Shown: positions 25,968 through 37,342 of the stretch, one piece after another
How the letters are laid out: each line of letters opens with the position of its first letter
Position numbering within the stretch: position 1 is the first letter of the stretch
NCBI GenBank assembly: GCA_963809305.1
Contig: CAWEJB010000007.1
Span: 15,098-79,097 of the forward strand
Origin: an uncultured Pseudomonadota bacterium
GTDB lineage: Bacteria; Pseudomonadota; Gammaproteobacteria; Steroidobacterales; Steroidobacteraceae
DNA: 64,000 nucleotides
Direction of reading: 5' to 3'
Translations under genes and position numbers: made by a program
Notes under the pieces: model-generated
Seen by the model: only the letters and a program-made list of their open reading frames with translations
Database searches by the model: none
What the model was told of the DNA's origin: nothing

Positions 25968-26503
25968 GCGGCACGCCGCTGACTGCGGGCCGGTCCGTAA
26001 GCGCCGTCCCCCGCCGGCGGATCAATCTGGCCGGCTTCCTGATCTGCGCCGGGCTCATCGGCTATGCCCTGTACGCGCAGTTCAAACTCGGACTCGATCC
26101 CTGTCCGCTCTGCATCTTCCAGCGCATCGGCATCGCCGCGCTCGGCGTGGTGTTTCTGCTCGCGGCGCTGCACCACCCGCGCCGCTGGGGCGCGCGGGTC
26201 TACGCGGCCCTCATTGCAGTCGCGGCCCTCGCCACCGTGGCGGTTGCCGGCCGCCAGCTCTACATCCAACACCTGCCGCCGGGCCTCATTCCTTCCTGCG
26301 GCGCGCCGCTGTCCATGATGCTGAAGTTCATGCCGCTCACCGCGGTGATCCGCAGGGTTCTCACCGGCAGCGGGGAGTGCGGCATCATCAACTGGACGTT
26401 CCTCGGCCTGGCCATGCCCGCCTGGGTGCTGCTCTGGGCCGCCTTCCTCGGCGCCGGCGGCGTGGTCGCGAACCTCAGGTCAGCAGGTTCCGCAGCACGT
26501 TGA
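25964..26503 (+). CDS. dsbB: disulfide bond formation protein B
   Basis: Four hydrophobic helices, first periplasmic loop [10 protein letters not shown], second Cys pair (PSCGAP...GSGECG). ATGA overlap with the phoU stop. Confidence 0.8.
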   Translation: MSGTPLTAGRSVSAVPRRRINLAGFLICAGLIGYALYAQFKLGLDPCPLCIFQRIGIAALGVVFLLAALHHPRRWGARVYAALIAVAALATVAVAGRQLYIQHLPPGLIPSCGAPLSMMLKFMPLTAVIRRVLTGSGECGIINWTFLGLAMPAWVLLWAAFLGAGGVVANLRSAGSAAR

Positions 26504-27605
26504 AGTAGATGTGATGGAGTGCGTCGATATCCGTGAGTCGCACGCATTCATTCACCTTGTGGATTGATGCGTTCACGACCCCCAGCTCCACCACTTGTGC
26601 GCCAAGAGGGGCGATGAATCGTCCGTCCGACGTCCCTCCGCCGGTCGACAACTTGGGTTGGCGCCCGGTCACCTCCTCGATGGCCGCCCGCACGCCTTCC
26701 GACAATTTTCCTGCCGGCGTATAGAACGGCTCTCCGGATACGTACCACTCCAGCGTGTAGCGCACCCCGTGCTTGCGCAGGATGCCCTCGACAGTCTCCT
26801 TCAGTCCTGCGAGCGTCTGCACCGGCGAGTACCGCAGGTTGAAGCGTGCCTTGAGCTCGCCCGGAATGACGTTGGGCGCTCCAGTGCCCGCGTTGAGGTT
26901 CGAGACCTGAAAGGTCGTCGGGTCGAAGTGCTCCGTCCCCTGATCCCAGAGGCGGCTGGTCAGCTCGGCGAGAGCCGGGGCCAGGGTGTGAACCGGATTT
27001 TCCGCCAGATGAGGGTAGGCGACATGGCCCTGTACGCCATGGACCGTCAGCCGCCCGCTGAAGGAGCCCCGCCGGCCGATCTTGATGGTGTCGCCAATCG
27101 CCGCTTCGCTCGAGGGCTCGCCCACCAGGCACCAGTCGATGCGCTGGGATCGCGCGGCCAGGGCCTCGACGACCCGCTTGGTGCCATCGACGGAGGGGCC
27201 TTCCTCGTCGCTGGTGATCAGGAAGGCGATGCGGCCGCGGTGCGCGGGGTGGGCAGCGACGAATTCCTCGGTCGCGGTGATCATCGCGGCGAGGCCGCTC
27301 TTCATATCGGCCGCGCCCCTGCCGTAGAGCACACCGTCGCGAACCGTCGGCACGAAGGGATCGCTGCGCCACTCTTCCAGTGGCCCCGTCGGGACCACGT
27401 CGGTGTGCCCGGCGAAGCAGAAGACCGGACCGTCGTCGCGGCCGTGCCGTGCCCAGAAATTCTCCACACTGCCGAAACGCAGCGGCTCGACGTCGAAGCC
27501 GAGCGCGTGCAGGCGCCGCATCAGCACCTCCTGGCAGCCCTCGTCTGCGGGCGTCACGGAGCGGCGGGTCATGAGGTCACGGGTGAGCTCGAGGGTGGCG
27601 GACAT
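26475..27605 (-). CDS. dapE: succinyl-diaminopimelate desuccinylase
   Basis: M20 peptidase pattern [28 protein letters not shown]. The length and N-terminus ([21 protein letters not shown]) are typical of DapE. Confidence 0.85.
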   Translation of the reverse strand: MSATLELTRDLMTRRSVTPADEGCQEVLMRRLHALGFDVEPLRFGSVENFWARHGRDDGPVFCFAGHTDVVPTGPLEEWRSDPFVPTVRDGVLYGRGAADMKSGLAAMITATEEFVAAHPAHRGRIAFLITSDEEGPSVDGTKRVVEALAARSQRIDWCLVGEPSSEAAIGDTIKIGRRGSFSGRLTVHGVQGHVAYPHLAENPVHTLAPALAELTSRLWDQGTEHFDPTTFQVSNLNAGTGAPNVIPGELKARFNLRYSPVQTLAGLKETVEGILRKHGVRYTLEWYVSGEPFYTPAGKLSEGVRAAIEEVTGRQPKLSTGGGTSDGRFIAPLGAQVVELGVVNASIHKVNECVRLTDIDALHHIYFNVLRNLLT

Positions 27606-27764
27606 GTCTCCATCCGGGTGCGCAGGGCATTCGGTGCGCGTTTATAAGGCGCGCGGCCCGGAGCATCAAGAGTTTTCGTCGCCGCCGCGCCACCGCCTGT
27701 CACGCGCGCGCAACGTTCACCGGCAAGACTATGAAGATCGGAGGCGACCGGAGGCGCCGAGTGT

Positions 27765-27793
27765 CCGTCACACTGCCGTCACATTGATGTCAT
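27765..27793 (+). promoter_or_regulatory. Pho box (three 7-bp repeats) upstream of pstS
   Basis: CCGTCAC (27765) actg CCGTCAC (27776) attg ATGTCAT (27787) at an exact 11-bp period, 54-82 nt upstream of the pstS ATG. An additional CTGTCAC lies at 27697. Confidence 0.7.
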
Positions 27794-27846
27794 TTAATGC
27801 GGGCGCCATGCTCTTGTCCCCCGAACCAGAACAACGTGGAGATATC

Positions 27847-28890
27847 ATGAACGCATTTCGTCCCGGTGCACTGCGCAAATCCATGGCAACGCGCCTGATC
27901 GCGGTTGCTGCGACCTCGGTTCTCAGCACGAGCGCCTTTGCGGCCGGGCAGATCACAGGTGCCGGCAGCACCTGGGTCTATCCGCTGGTCGCCAAATGGG
28001 CCGCGACCTACGCTCAGCAGACCGGGATCCAGGTCAACTACCAGCCCATCGGCTCGGGCGGCGGCATTCAGCAGATCAAGGCGGGCACGGTGGCCTTCGG
28101 GGCGAGCGATATGCCGCTCACCCCTGATGTGCTCAGCCAGAACCAGCTGATCCAATTTCCCACCGCGATCGCGGGCGAGGACATTGTTTATAACCTTCCC
28201 GGCGTCGCATCGGGACAGCTCCTCCTGACCGGTCCGGTGATCGCCGACATCTATCTGGGCAAGATCACCCAGTGGAACGATCCGGCGATCCAGAAGCTGA
28301 ATCCCAGCCTTCACCTGCCCGCGATGGCGATCAGCGTGGTGCACCGCTCCGATGGCTCCGGCACGACCTTCACGTTCGCCGACTATCTTTCCAAGGTGAG
28401 CCCGGAGTGGAAGCAGAAGGTGGGCGAGAGCACCGCGATCAACTGGCCGGTCGGTATCGGCGGCAAGGGCAATCAGGGTGTCGCCGGCTATGTGCAGCGC
28501 CTCCAGGGCTCGATCGGCTACGTGGAATACGCGTACATCCTCGAGAACCACATGAATTACGCGCGCATGGTCAACAGCGCGGGCAAGGTGGTGAGTCCGA
28601 GCCTGGTGGGCTTCCAGGCCGCCGCGGCCAACGTCGATTTCACGAAGGTGCAGGACTTCTATGTGATCCTGACGGATCAGCCCGGCGAGCAGAGCTGGCC
28701 GATTTCCGGCTGCACGTGGGAGATCCTGCGCAAGAGCGCGCCGAAGTCGGTGAATCAGCCGGTGACGCAGTTCTTCCAGTGGGGATTCGACCACGGACAG
28801 GAGATGGCGAAGTCGATCGCCTTCGGACCACTGCCAGCGACCACCGTCCGCGCGATCCAGAACTATTGGAAACAGAACCTGGGCATATGA
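27847..28890 (+). CDS. pstS: phosphate ABC transporter substrate-binding protein PstS
   Basis: Start at ATG 27847 (GGAGAT upstream). Signal peptide ...VLSTSAFAAGQ, then ITGAGSTWVYPL, GSGGGIQQIKAGTVAFGASD, VHRSDGSGTTFTF. Confidence 0.9.
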   Translation: MNAFRPGALRKSMATRLIAVAATSVLSTSAFAAGQITGAGSTWVYPLVAKWAATYAQQTGIQVNYQPIGSGGGIQQIKAGTVAFGASDMPLTPDVLSQNQLIQFPTAIAGEDIVYNLPGVASGQLLLTGPVIADIYLGKITQWNDPAIQKLNPSLHLPAMAISVVHRSDGSGTTFTFADYLSKVSPEWKQKVGESTAINWPVGIGGKGNQGVAGYVQRLQGSIGYVEYAYILENHMNYARMVNSAGKVVSPSLVGFQAAAANVDFTKVQDFYVILTDQPGEQSWPISGCTWEILRKSAPKSVNQPVTQFFQWGFDHGQEMAKSIAFGPLPATTVRAIQNYWKQNLGI

Positions 28891-28894
28891 GCGG

Positions 28895-28930
28895 CGATCG
28901 CCCGCGAATCTTGTGAGCCGCGGGCGATCG
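28895..28930 (+). terminator. perfect 12-bp stem-loop between pstS and pstC (attenuator/mRNA-stabiliser type, no U-tract)
   Basis: CGATCGCCCGCG (28895-28906), a 12-nt loop, then CGCGGGCGATCG (28919-28930). Starts 5 nt after the pstS stop. Confidence 0.55.
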
Positions 28931-28997
28931 AATTGAGGTAGGCTCGGAAGCTGGGCGGCTGTCCCGCGCTACGTGAGCGTCGATACGGGGATCTGTC

Positions 28998-29966
28998 ATG
29001 AGCAGCGCGGTGGCGATCGATGCGAAGCGCATGGCCGCACAGCGTACGAAGGAGCGGGTCTTCCATGTGACGACTCTCGTGGCGGCGCTGCTCGTGCTGG
29101 TGCTGCTCGGCGGGGTGGCCGTGTCGCTCGTGCACGGCGCCTGGCCCGCGTTCGCGCGCTTCAAGCTCGCCTTCCTGACCCGGGAGATCTGGGACCCGGT
29201 CTCCGACCAGTACGGTGCATTGGGCGCGGTCTATGGGACGGTCGTGACCTCGATCCTCGCGATGCTGCTTGCGCTTCCGGTCAGCTTCGGCATTGCGGTA
29301 TTCCTGACGGAGCTCGCGCCGTCATGGCTCAAGCGGCCGATCGGCGTCGCGATCGAGCTGCTGGCGGCGATTCCCAGCATCATCTATGGCTTCTGGGGGC
29401 TTTTCGTCCTTGCACCCCTGCTGCAGGTGTATGTCGAGCCGTGGATCAGCAAGACACTGGGTGTGCTCCCCGGGGTCGGCGTGCTCTTTCGCGGCGCTCC
29501 GTTCGGAATCGGCATTCTGACAGCGGGCATCGTCCTCGCGATCATGGTCGTCCCGTTCATCGCCGCCGTCATGCGCGATGTCTTCGAGACCGTTCCGGAT
29601 GTGCTGAAAGAGTCGGCCTACGGTCTCGGAGCGACCACCTGGGAAGTCATCTGGCGCGTCGTTGTGCCGTACTCGCGCGCCGGCATGGTGGGCGGGACCA
29701 TGCTCGGCCTCGGGCGCGCGCTCGGCGAGACCATGGCGGTCACGTTCGTGATCGGCAACGCCCACGAGATCTCCCGCTCGCTGCTGGATCCTGGTACGAC
29801 GATTTCGGCGGCGATCGCCAACGAGTTCACTGAGGCCACGACGAAGCTCTACGCCTCCTCGCTGATCGCTCTTGGGACTCTCCTCTTCGTCATCACATTC
29901 TCGGTGATCGCACTGGCGCGACTCATGCTCATGCGTCTTGATCGACGGGCGCTCTCCTCGGTATGA
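28998..29966 (+). CDS. pstC: phosphate ABC transporter permease PstC
   Basis: Six hydrophobic helices. The EAA-type loop [20 protein letters not shown] is typical of PstC. Confidence 0.9.
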   Translation: MSSAVAIDAKRMAAQRTKERVFHVTTLVAALLVLVLLGGVAVSLVHGAWPAFARFKLAFLTREIWDPVSDQYGALGAVYGTVVTSILAMLLALPVSFGIAVFLTELAPSWLKRPIGVAIELLAAIPSIIYGFWGLFVLAPLLQVYVEPWISKTLGVLPGVGVLFRGAPFGIGILTAGIVLAIMVVPFIAAVMRDVFETVPDVLKESAYGLGATTWEVIWRVVVPYSRAGMVGGTMLGLGRALGETMAVTFVIGNAHEISRSLLDPGTTISAAIANEFTEATTKLYASSLIALGTLLFVITFSVIALARLMLMRLDRRALSSV

Positions 29967-30817
29967 GCCGCCGCGTCCTCCGCAAGATCATCAATGCGCT
30001 CGCGCTCGGGCTATCGGGGGTCGCGACCCTGGTGGGGCTGTTGGTGCTCGGCGCGCTGTTGTGGTCGCTGCTGAAGGAGGGGCTCGGGCACCTCTCCGCG
30101 AGCGTGTTCACCAACATGACGCCGCCACCGGCGACTCCTGGGGGCGGCCTGCTGAACGCGATTTACGGCAGCGCCATCATGACCCTGATAGGCATTCTGA
30201 TCGGCGGCCCGATTGGCGTGTTGGCGGGCACATACCTGGCGGAGTACGGGCGTGGCTCACGCTTGAGCACCGTCATCCGCTTCGTCAACGATGTGCTGCT
30301 CAGCGCGCCGTCGATCATCATCGGGCTGTTTGTTTATGAGCTGGTGGTGGTGCCGATGGGAAATTTCTCGGCCATCTCCGGCGCCATCTCGCTGGCGATC
30401 ATTGCCATGCCGGTCATTGTGCGCACGACCGAGGACATGCTCAACCTGGTTCCGCAGGGCATAAAGGACGCTTCCACGGCGATGGGCGCCTATCCGTGGC
30501 GGACCATCATGAGCGTCGCTTACCCGGCCGCCCGCAGCGGCATGCTGACGGGCGTGCTGTTGGCGGTGGCGCGCATCAGCGGCGAGACGGCGCCGCTGCT
30601 CTTCACCGCGCTCAATAACCAGTTCTGGAGCACGAATCTGAAGGAGCCCATGGCCAATCTGCCGGTGGTGATCTTCCAGTTCGCCCTGAGTCCGTATGAG
30701 AACTGGCAGCAGCTCGCGTGGGAAGGGGCGCTCATCATCACTTTCGCGATCCTGATCCTGAGCATCATCGCCCGGGTGGTGGTCTCGACCCTGGGTCCCG
30801 GGACGGGCCACAGATGA
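29963..30817 (+). CDS. pstA: phosphate ABC transporter permease PstA
   Basis: Overlaps the pstC stop. [26 protein letters not shown] and [14 protein letters not shown] are typical of PstA. Confidence 0.9.
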   Translation: MSRRVLRKIINALALGLSGVATLVGLLVLGALLWSLLKEGLGHLSASVFTNMTPPPATPGGGLLNAIYGSAIMTLIGILIGGPIGVLAGTYLAEYGRGSRLSTVIRFVNDVLLSAPSIIIGLFVYELVVVPMGNFSAISGAISLAIIAMPVIVRTTEDMLNLVPQGIKDASTAMGAYPWRTIMSVAYPAARSGMLTGVLLAVARISGETAPLLFTALNNQFWSTNLKEPMANLPVVIFQFALSPYENWQQLAWEGALIITFAILILSIIARVVVSTLGPGTGHR

Positions 30818-31616
30818 GCGTGCCGCAGCGGCAGTTGGATACCGGGCGCCCGGAGGAAGGGGCCACGGCCCTCAAGATCGAAGTGCGGCACTTGAACTTC
30901 TACTACGGGTCCGCGCACGCCCTGAAGGACGTCAACCTCACGTTGCACGACCGCAGTATCACGGCCTTCATTGGCCCCTCTGGATGCGGCAAATCGACGC
31001 TGCTGCGGGTCTTCAACCGCATGTACGCGCTCTATCCGGGTCATCGCGCCGTGGGGCAGGTCCTGCTCGACGGGACGGATATTCTCGCGCCGTCGGTCGA
31101 CGTGGCAGACCTGCGGCTGCGGGTCGGCATGGTATTCCAGAGGGCGACCCCTTTCCCGATGTCGATCTTCGAGAATGTCGCCTTCGGGCTGCGCCTCTCG
31201 CGCTCAATCGGCAGAGGAGAGCTGCGCGAGCGCGTGCAGGCGGCGCTGCAGGATGCCGCGATGTGGGAGGAGGTCAAGGACAAGCTCCACGAGGACGGGC
31301 GCAGCCTCTCCGGTGGGCAGCAGCAAAGGCTGTGCATTGCGCGTACCATAGCGCTGGAGCCGGAAGTGATCCTGTTTGACGAGCCGACGGCCGCGCTCGA
31401 TCCGATCTCCACCCTGCGGGTCGAGGAAACGCTGCAGAGCCTGCGCGAGCGATACTGTATCGCCATCGTGACACACAACCTGCAGCAGGCCGCGCGCGTG
31501 TCCAACTTCACGGCCTTCATGTACCTTGGCGAGCTCATCGAGATGGGATCCACCGGACAGATATTCACCGCGCCGAAAAATCGCCGGACCGACGACTATG
31601 TCACGGGCAGGTTCGG

Positions 31617-31620
<4 letters not shown>
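30814..31620 (+). CDS. pstB: phosphate ABC transporter ATP-binding protein PstB
   Basis: ATGA overlap with pstA. Walker [10 protein letters not shown], signature LSGGQQQRL, Walker [14 protein letters not shown]-loop VTHN, PstB-typical C-terminus DDYVTGRFG. Confidence 0.9.
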
Positions 31621-32564
<944 letters not shown>

Positions 32565-32573
32565 CTCCGTCTC

Positions 32574-33407
32574 TCATTCCGCTGCCCGCAACAGCTCATT
32601 GATCGAAGTCTTGGCGCGCGTCTGAGCATCGACGCGTTTCACGATCACGGCGCAGTAGAGGCCGTATTTTCCATCAGCCGACGGCAACGTCCCCGGCACC
32701 ACCACCGACCCCGCCGGAATCCGCCCCTGCAGTATCTGCCCGGTGGTGCGGTCATAGATGCGTGTGCTCTGCCCGATGAACACTCCCATCGAAATGACCG
32801 ACCCCGCCTCCACGACGACTCCCTCGACGACCTCCGACCGCGCCCCGATGAAGCAGCCGTCTTCAATGATCGTCGGGCTGGCCTGCAGCGGCTCCAGAAC
32901 TCCACCGATCCCAACACCTCCCGATAGATGGACGTTGCGTCCGATCTGCGCGCAAGAGCCAACCGTCGCCCAAGTGTCCACCATCGTGCCCGCGCCCACA
33001 TATGCCCCGATGTTGACGTAGCACGGCATCAGCACGACGTTGGGCGCCACGAATGCGCCCTTGCGAACTATCGCGTGCGGTACGACGCGCGCGCCCGAGG
33101 CGCGCAGATCCGCTTCCGTCGAGTCGGCATACTTCAGCGGCACCTTGTCGTAAAACCGCGTGAAGCCCGCATCCATCACCACATTGTCGTGCGTGCGGAA
33201 GTACAGCAACACGGCCTTCTTCAGCCATTCGTTGACTACCCAGATGCCGTCCTTCTGCTCGGCAACGCGCGCATTGCCCGAATCGAGCAGCGCGATGCAT
33301 TCCTGCAGCACAGCCTCGAGTCCCGTCGGGATGTTCTTCGGCGTGATCTCGCTGCGGAACTCGAAAGCAGCGTCGATCGCGGATTGGAGATTCTTGAGAT
33401 CATTCAT
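32574..33407 (-). CDS. dapD: 2,3,4,5-tetrahydropyridine-2,6-dicarboxylate N-succinyltransferase
   Basis: The N-terminus [17 protein letters not shown] and left-handed beta-helix hexapeptide repeats ([40 protein letters not shown]) are typical of DapD. Confidence 0.9.
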   Translation of the reverse strand: MNDLKNLQSAIDAAFEFRSEITPKNIPTGLEAVLQECIALLDSGNARVAEQKDGIWVVNEWLKKAVLLYFRTHDNVVMDAGFTRFYDKVPLKYADSTEADLRASGARVVPHAIVRKGAFVAPNVVLMPCYVNIGAYVGAGTMVDTWATVGSCAQIGRNVHLSGGVGIGGVLEPLQASPTIIEDGCFIGARSEVVEGVVVEAGSVISMGVFIGQSTRIYDRTTGQILQGRIPAGSVVVPGTLPSADGKYGLYCAVIVKRVDAQTRAKTSINELLRAAE

Positions 33408-34606
33408 GGCGGGTTCTGTCGTACGAATTCACGGATGCGCTCGGCGGCCTCGACACACTGCTCCATGGGCGGTACCAGCGAGATGCGCACGCGGCCGCTG
33501 CCCGGGTTGCCGTCCGCGCTTTCGCGCGCAAGAAAACTGCCTGGGAGCACAGTCACCTTCTGGCTCGCGTAGAGGTCACGCACGAAGCGCACATCATCAC
33601 CGCCCACATGCGGCCAGAGATAGAACGCTCCATCGGGCCTGGCGACCTCGAGGCAAGGAGCGAGTATGGGCAGGACCCGCTCGAATTTCTCCTGGTACAC
33701 CCGGCGGTTGTGCGCCGCGTACTCCTCGTCCTCCCAGGCCGCGACGCTGGCAAGCTGCGTTGGCACCGGCATGGCGCTGCCATGATAGGTCCTATATTGC
33801 AGGAATCGCGCAATGATCTGCGGCTCGCCACAGACGAAGCCCGACCTCAGTCCCGGCACGCTCGAGCGCTTGGACAGGCTATGGAACACCACGCAGCGCT
33901 CGAAGCGGCCGTGACCGGCGGCGAGGCAAGCCTCGAGGAGGCCCGGGGGAGGGGAGTCCTCATCGAGGTAGATCTCGGTGTAGCACTCGTCGGCGGCAAT
34001 GATGAAGTCGTGCCGCTCGGCGAGGGCGAGCGCATGCCGCAGAAAGTCGAGCGGCAGAACCCTGCCGGTTGGATTGCCGGGGCTGCACAGAAACAACACC
34101 CGACACCGCCGCCAGACGCTCTCGGGCACGGCATCGAGATCGGGCAGGTAGTCGTTTGCCGCCGTAGTGGCGAGCAGATGCGGCTCGGCTCCAGCGAGCA
34201 GCGCGGCTCCCTCGTAGATCTGATAGAAGGGGTTGGGCATCAGCACCCGCGAGTCGGCACGGCTGTCGACCGTCGCCTGTACGAATGCGAACAGCGCCTC
34301 GCGGGTGCCGTTGACCGGCAGCACCATCTTGTCCGGGTCGACGGTTCCGCCGGGTAATCGGAACCGTTTCTCGAGCCAACGCGCGCAGGCGGAGCGCAGC
34401 TCCGCAAGACCGGCGGTGCTGGGATAAGTGTCCAGACGATGGAGATTGTCACGCAACGCGGCGAGCACACTTGCCGGCGGCGCGTGCTGGGGCTCGCCGA
34501 TCGACATCTTAATGTGGGCGCGGCGCTCGGGACTGCGTACCCCGAACAACAGCTGTCCCAGGCGCTCGAAAGGGTATGCATGCAGTCTGGTCAACAGCGG
34601 ATTCAT
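33404..34606 (-). CDS. dapC: succinyldiaminopimelate transaminase (class I/II aminotransferase)
   Basis: Start at ATG 34606 ([16 protein letters not shown]). PLP-lysine context [16 protein letters not shown]. The stop overlaps the dapD start. The position between glnD and dapD fits the dapC assignment. Confidence 0.75.
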   Translation of the reverse strand: MNPLLTRLHAYPFERLGQLLFGVRSPERRAHIKMSIGEPQHAPPASVLAALRDNLHRLDTYPSTAGLAELRSACARWLEKRFRLPGGTVDPDKMVLPVNGTREALFAFVQATVDSRADSRVLMPNPFYQIYEGAALLAGAEPHLLATTAANDYLPDLDAVPESVWRRCRVLFLCSPGNPTGRVLPLDFLRHALALAERHDFIIAADECYTEIYLDEDSPPPGLLEACLAAGHGRFERCVVFHSLSKRSSVPGLRSGFVCGEPQIIARFLQYRTYHGSAMPVPTQLASVAAWEDEEYAAHNRRVYQEKFERVLPILAPCLEVARPDGAFYLWPHVGGDDVRFVRDLYASQKVTVLPGSFLARESADGNPGSGRVRISLVPPMEQCVEAAERIREFVRQNPP

Positions 34607-34634
34607 TGGATCATCATCGGGCACCGGGGACTCG

Positions 34635-37334
34635 CTACGCCGCCTCGCGGCGATCGAGGGCACGGGCGAGACTTTCCCGCAGGCGCTCTGCGGCGGCAGC
34701 GTCGAGCGGGCGGCCGTCGAAGTCGGTGATGTAGAAGACGTCTTCGGCGCGCTCGCCTACGGTCATGATCTTCGCTGCCTGCAACTCCACGTGCTCATCC
34801 ATCAGGACCTTGCCGACGTCGCAGAGCAGGCCGGGGCGATCGCCGGCGGTGAGCTCGAGCACGGAGCGGCGATTGCGCTCATCGACGCTGAGGGCGATCA
34901 GGGTTGCGGTATGGAACATGCGCACTTGCCGGGGGGCGCGGCGGTAAACGGCGAAGGGCGTGTCTTCCGGGCGTTGCAGCGAGCGCCAGAGGGCATGCTC
35001 GATCTCCTCCTCGCGGTCGCGGTCGGTGATCGGCGCGCCGTCGTCTTCCAACACATGGAAGAGATCGAGGCTGAAGCCGTCGCCGGTCGGCGTGATCCGT
35101 GCATCCACGATGTTGAGTCCCAGCTGGTCGAGCACCGCGGTGGTGCGCGCGAAGCCGTGCCGGCGGGCGCGCGCGTAGATGAGCACCGCGGTGGTGCCGC
35201 GCACGCTCTGCGGGTCGAGCGCGATCAGGGGCTCATCGGAGTTGGGGTCACGCTCGGCGAGCAGGCGCGAGTGCCAGGCGACCTCCTCGGGCGAGTGCTG
35301 CAGGAAATACGTGGCGGAGAAGCGCGTCCAGGCGCGCTCGATATCGGCCGCGGGGAGATTTCGCTCCTGCATCAGGCGGCGGGCAGCCTCCTGCGTCTCC
35401 CGCACCAGCTGCTCCTGGTCGATGGGCGCCTCGAGCCCGCGGCGCAGCGCCCGCCGCACGCGGCGATAGAAGTCATGGAAGAGCGAGGCCTTCCACGAAT
35501 TCCACAGCTTGGGGTTGGTGCCGCGCACGTCCGCGCAGGTCAGCACGTAGAGGTGGTCGAGGTGCGCCTCATCGCCCACCGTGCGGGCGAAGGCGCTGAT
35601 GACCTGCGGGTCGCTGATGTCCTGCTTTTGCGCGGTGATCGACAACGTGAGGTGGCTGCGCACCAGCCACGCCACCATGCGTGCATCGTAGGGCGAGAGC
35701 CCCTGTTCCAGGCAGAAGGCTTCCGCGTCCACCGCGCCGAGGTCGGAATGATCGCCGCCGCGGCCCTTGGCGATGTCGTGAAAGAGCGCCGCCAGATAGA
35801 CAACCTCGGGACGGGGCAGCTGCTGCATGATGCGCGAGGCTTCCGGCAGCTCATGATCGTACCTCGGGATGGCGAACCGCCTGAGGTTGCTCACGACGAA
35901 GAGCGTATGTGCGTCCACGGTGTAGGCGTGGAAGAGGTCGTACTGCATCCGCCCGACGATGCGGCCGAAGGCCGGGATGTAGCGGCCCAACACCCCGTAG
36001 CCGTTCATCCGCCGCAGCTCGTGGGTGACGCCGCTCGGCGCGCGCACGATTTCGAGGAACAGCCGATGGTGGCGCGGGTTCTGGCGGAACTCCTCATCGA
36101 TGAGCCAGAGGCTGCGTGCGACCGCGCGCATGGTGGCCGCGCGCACACCCTTGATGTCGGGATTCTGCTGCAGCAGCACGAACAGCTCGAGCAGTGCGGA
36201 GGGGACGCGCGCGAACACATCCTCGCTGACCGCCTCGAGCGAGCCGTTGCGCACCTGGAAACGGGCGTTCAACGGCCGGGGCGGCTCGCTCTCGGTCTGC
36301 ACCGCCTCGCGGAAGAGCTGCAGCAGCAGCTCGTTCAACAGGCTGACATCCTTGACCGTGCGGTAGTAGCGCTGCATGAACTGCTCGACCGCCAGGGTGT
36401 AGGAGGCATCTTCGTAGCCGAACGTCTGCGCGAGCTTGAGCTGATGGTCGAAGAGCAGTCGGTCCTCGCGCCGCCCCGTGATCACGTGCAGGCCGAAGCG
36501 CACCTTCCAAAGGAAGGACTGCGCCTGCTTGAGGCGCCGCAGCTCCGCGAGGGTGAGAAAGCCGTTGGTGACGAGGCCATCGAGAGTGTCGGAGCCGAAG
36601 CGGCGCTTCGCCACCCAGCCGATGGTCTGGATGTCGCGCAGACCCCCGGGGCTCGTTTTGACGTTGGGCTCGAGGTTGTAGGCGGTGTCGTTGGCCTTCA
36701 GGTGACGCTCCGACTGCTCGCGCACCTTGGCCTCGAAGAATTCCTTCACGGGCCAGATCCGATCCGGCGCGAGCGCGGCCTGCATGTCCGCGAGCAGCGC
36801 GGCGTTGCCCGAGAGGAGGCGCGCCTCGACGAGGGTCGTCATCACGCTGACGTCGGCGATGCTCTGCGCCGCGCAGTCCTCGACTGTGCGCACGCTGTGT
36901 CCGACCTCGAGGCCGATGTCCCAAAGGAAGGCGAGCAGCCGCTCGATCGCGCCGCGCTCCGGGGCATCCGGTGCGCGGGGCACGAGGAGCAGGATGTCGA
37001 TGTCAGAGCAGAGGTGCAGCTCGCCGCGCCCGTAGCCGCCCACGGCGACCAGCGCCCAGGAGATCATCGCGGGGATCGAGTGCGTACGCCACGACTCCCG
37101 CAACACCACATCGATGAGCGCCGCGCGAGCGTGCACCAGCGTCTCGACCGGCTCCTCGGCGAGAAAGCGGGCTTTCAGCTCCTCGTGAGCCTGGCGCAGC
37201 AGCTCGCGCCAGGCCGCGCTCGACCCTTGCGCCTCGGTGAGGAGGGCCGGCAGGCGCTGTAGCCACGGCCAGCCAGGATCGGCCGGTGGGGCGGGCAGCG
37301 CGTCCTCGAGGAGATCGACGTCCCCGGCGGCCAT
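34635..37334 (-). CDS. glnD: bifunctional [protein-PII] uridylyltransferase / uridylyl-removing enzyme
   Basis: 899 aa. Nucleotidyltransferase motif VAVGGYGRGELHLCSDIDILLLV, HD domain LFHDIAKGRGGDHS, two C-terminal ACT-like repeats. Confidence 0.9.
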   Translation of the reverse strand: MAAGDVDLLEDALPAPPADPGWPWLQRLPALLTEAQGSSAAWRELLRQAHEELKARFLAEEPVETLVHARAALIDVVLRESWRTHSIPAMISWALVAVGGYGRGELHLCSDIDILLLVPRAPDAPERGAIERLLAFLWDIGLEVGHSVRTVEDCAAQSIADVSVMTTLVEARLLSGNAALLADMQAALAPDRIWPVKEFFEAKVREQSERHLKANDTAYNLEPNVKTSPGGLRDIQTIGWVAKRRFGSDTLDGLVTNGFLTLAELRRLKQAQSFLWKVRFGLHVITGRREDRLLFDHQLKLAQTFGYEDASYTLAVEQFMQRYYRTVKDVSLLNELLLQLFREAVQTESEPPRPLNARFQVRNGSLEAVSEDVFARVPSALLELFVLLQQNPDIKGVRAATMRAVARSLWLIDEEFRQNPRHHRLFLEIVRAPSGVTHELRRMNGYGVLGRYIPAFGRIVGRMQYDLFHAYTVDAHTLFVVSNLRRFAIPRYDHELPEASRIMQQLPRPEVVYLAALFHDIAKGRGGDHSDLGAVDAEAFCLEQGLSPYDARMVAWLVRSHLTLSITAQKQDISDPQVISAFARTVGDEAHLDHLYVLTCADVRGTNPKLWNSWKASLFHDFYRRVRRALRRGLEAPIDQEQLVRETQEAARRLMQERNLPAADIERAWTRFSATYFLQHSPEEVAWHSRLLAERDPNSDEPLIALDPQSVRGTTAVLIYARARRHGFARTTAVLDQLGLNIVDARITPTGDGFSLDLFHVLEDDGAPITDRDREEEIEHALWRSLQRPEDTPFAVYRRAPRQVRMFHTATLIALSVDERNRRSVLELTAGDRPGLLCDVGKVLMDEHVELQAAKIMTVGERAEDVFYITDFDGRPLDAAAAERLRESLARALDRREAA

Positions 37335-37342
37335 GGCGGCGC

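Noticed and set aside
34428-37262. 944-aa plus-strand ORF, the longest non-annotated ORF in the track
   Set aside because: It is exactly antisense to glnD, whose translation carries nucleotidyltransferase, HD and ACT motifs. The plus-strand product is Arg/Ala/Gly/Leu-rich with no recognisable motif. This is a typical stop-codon-poor antisense frame in high-GC DNA.
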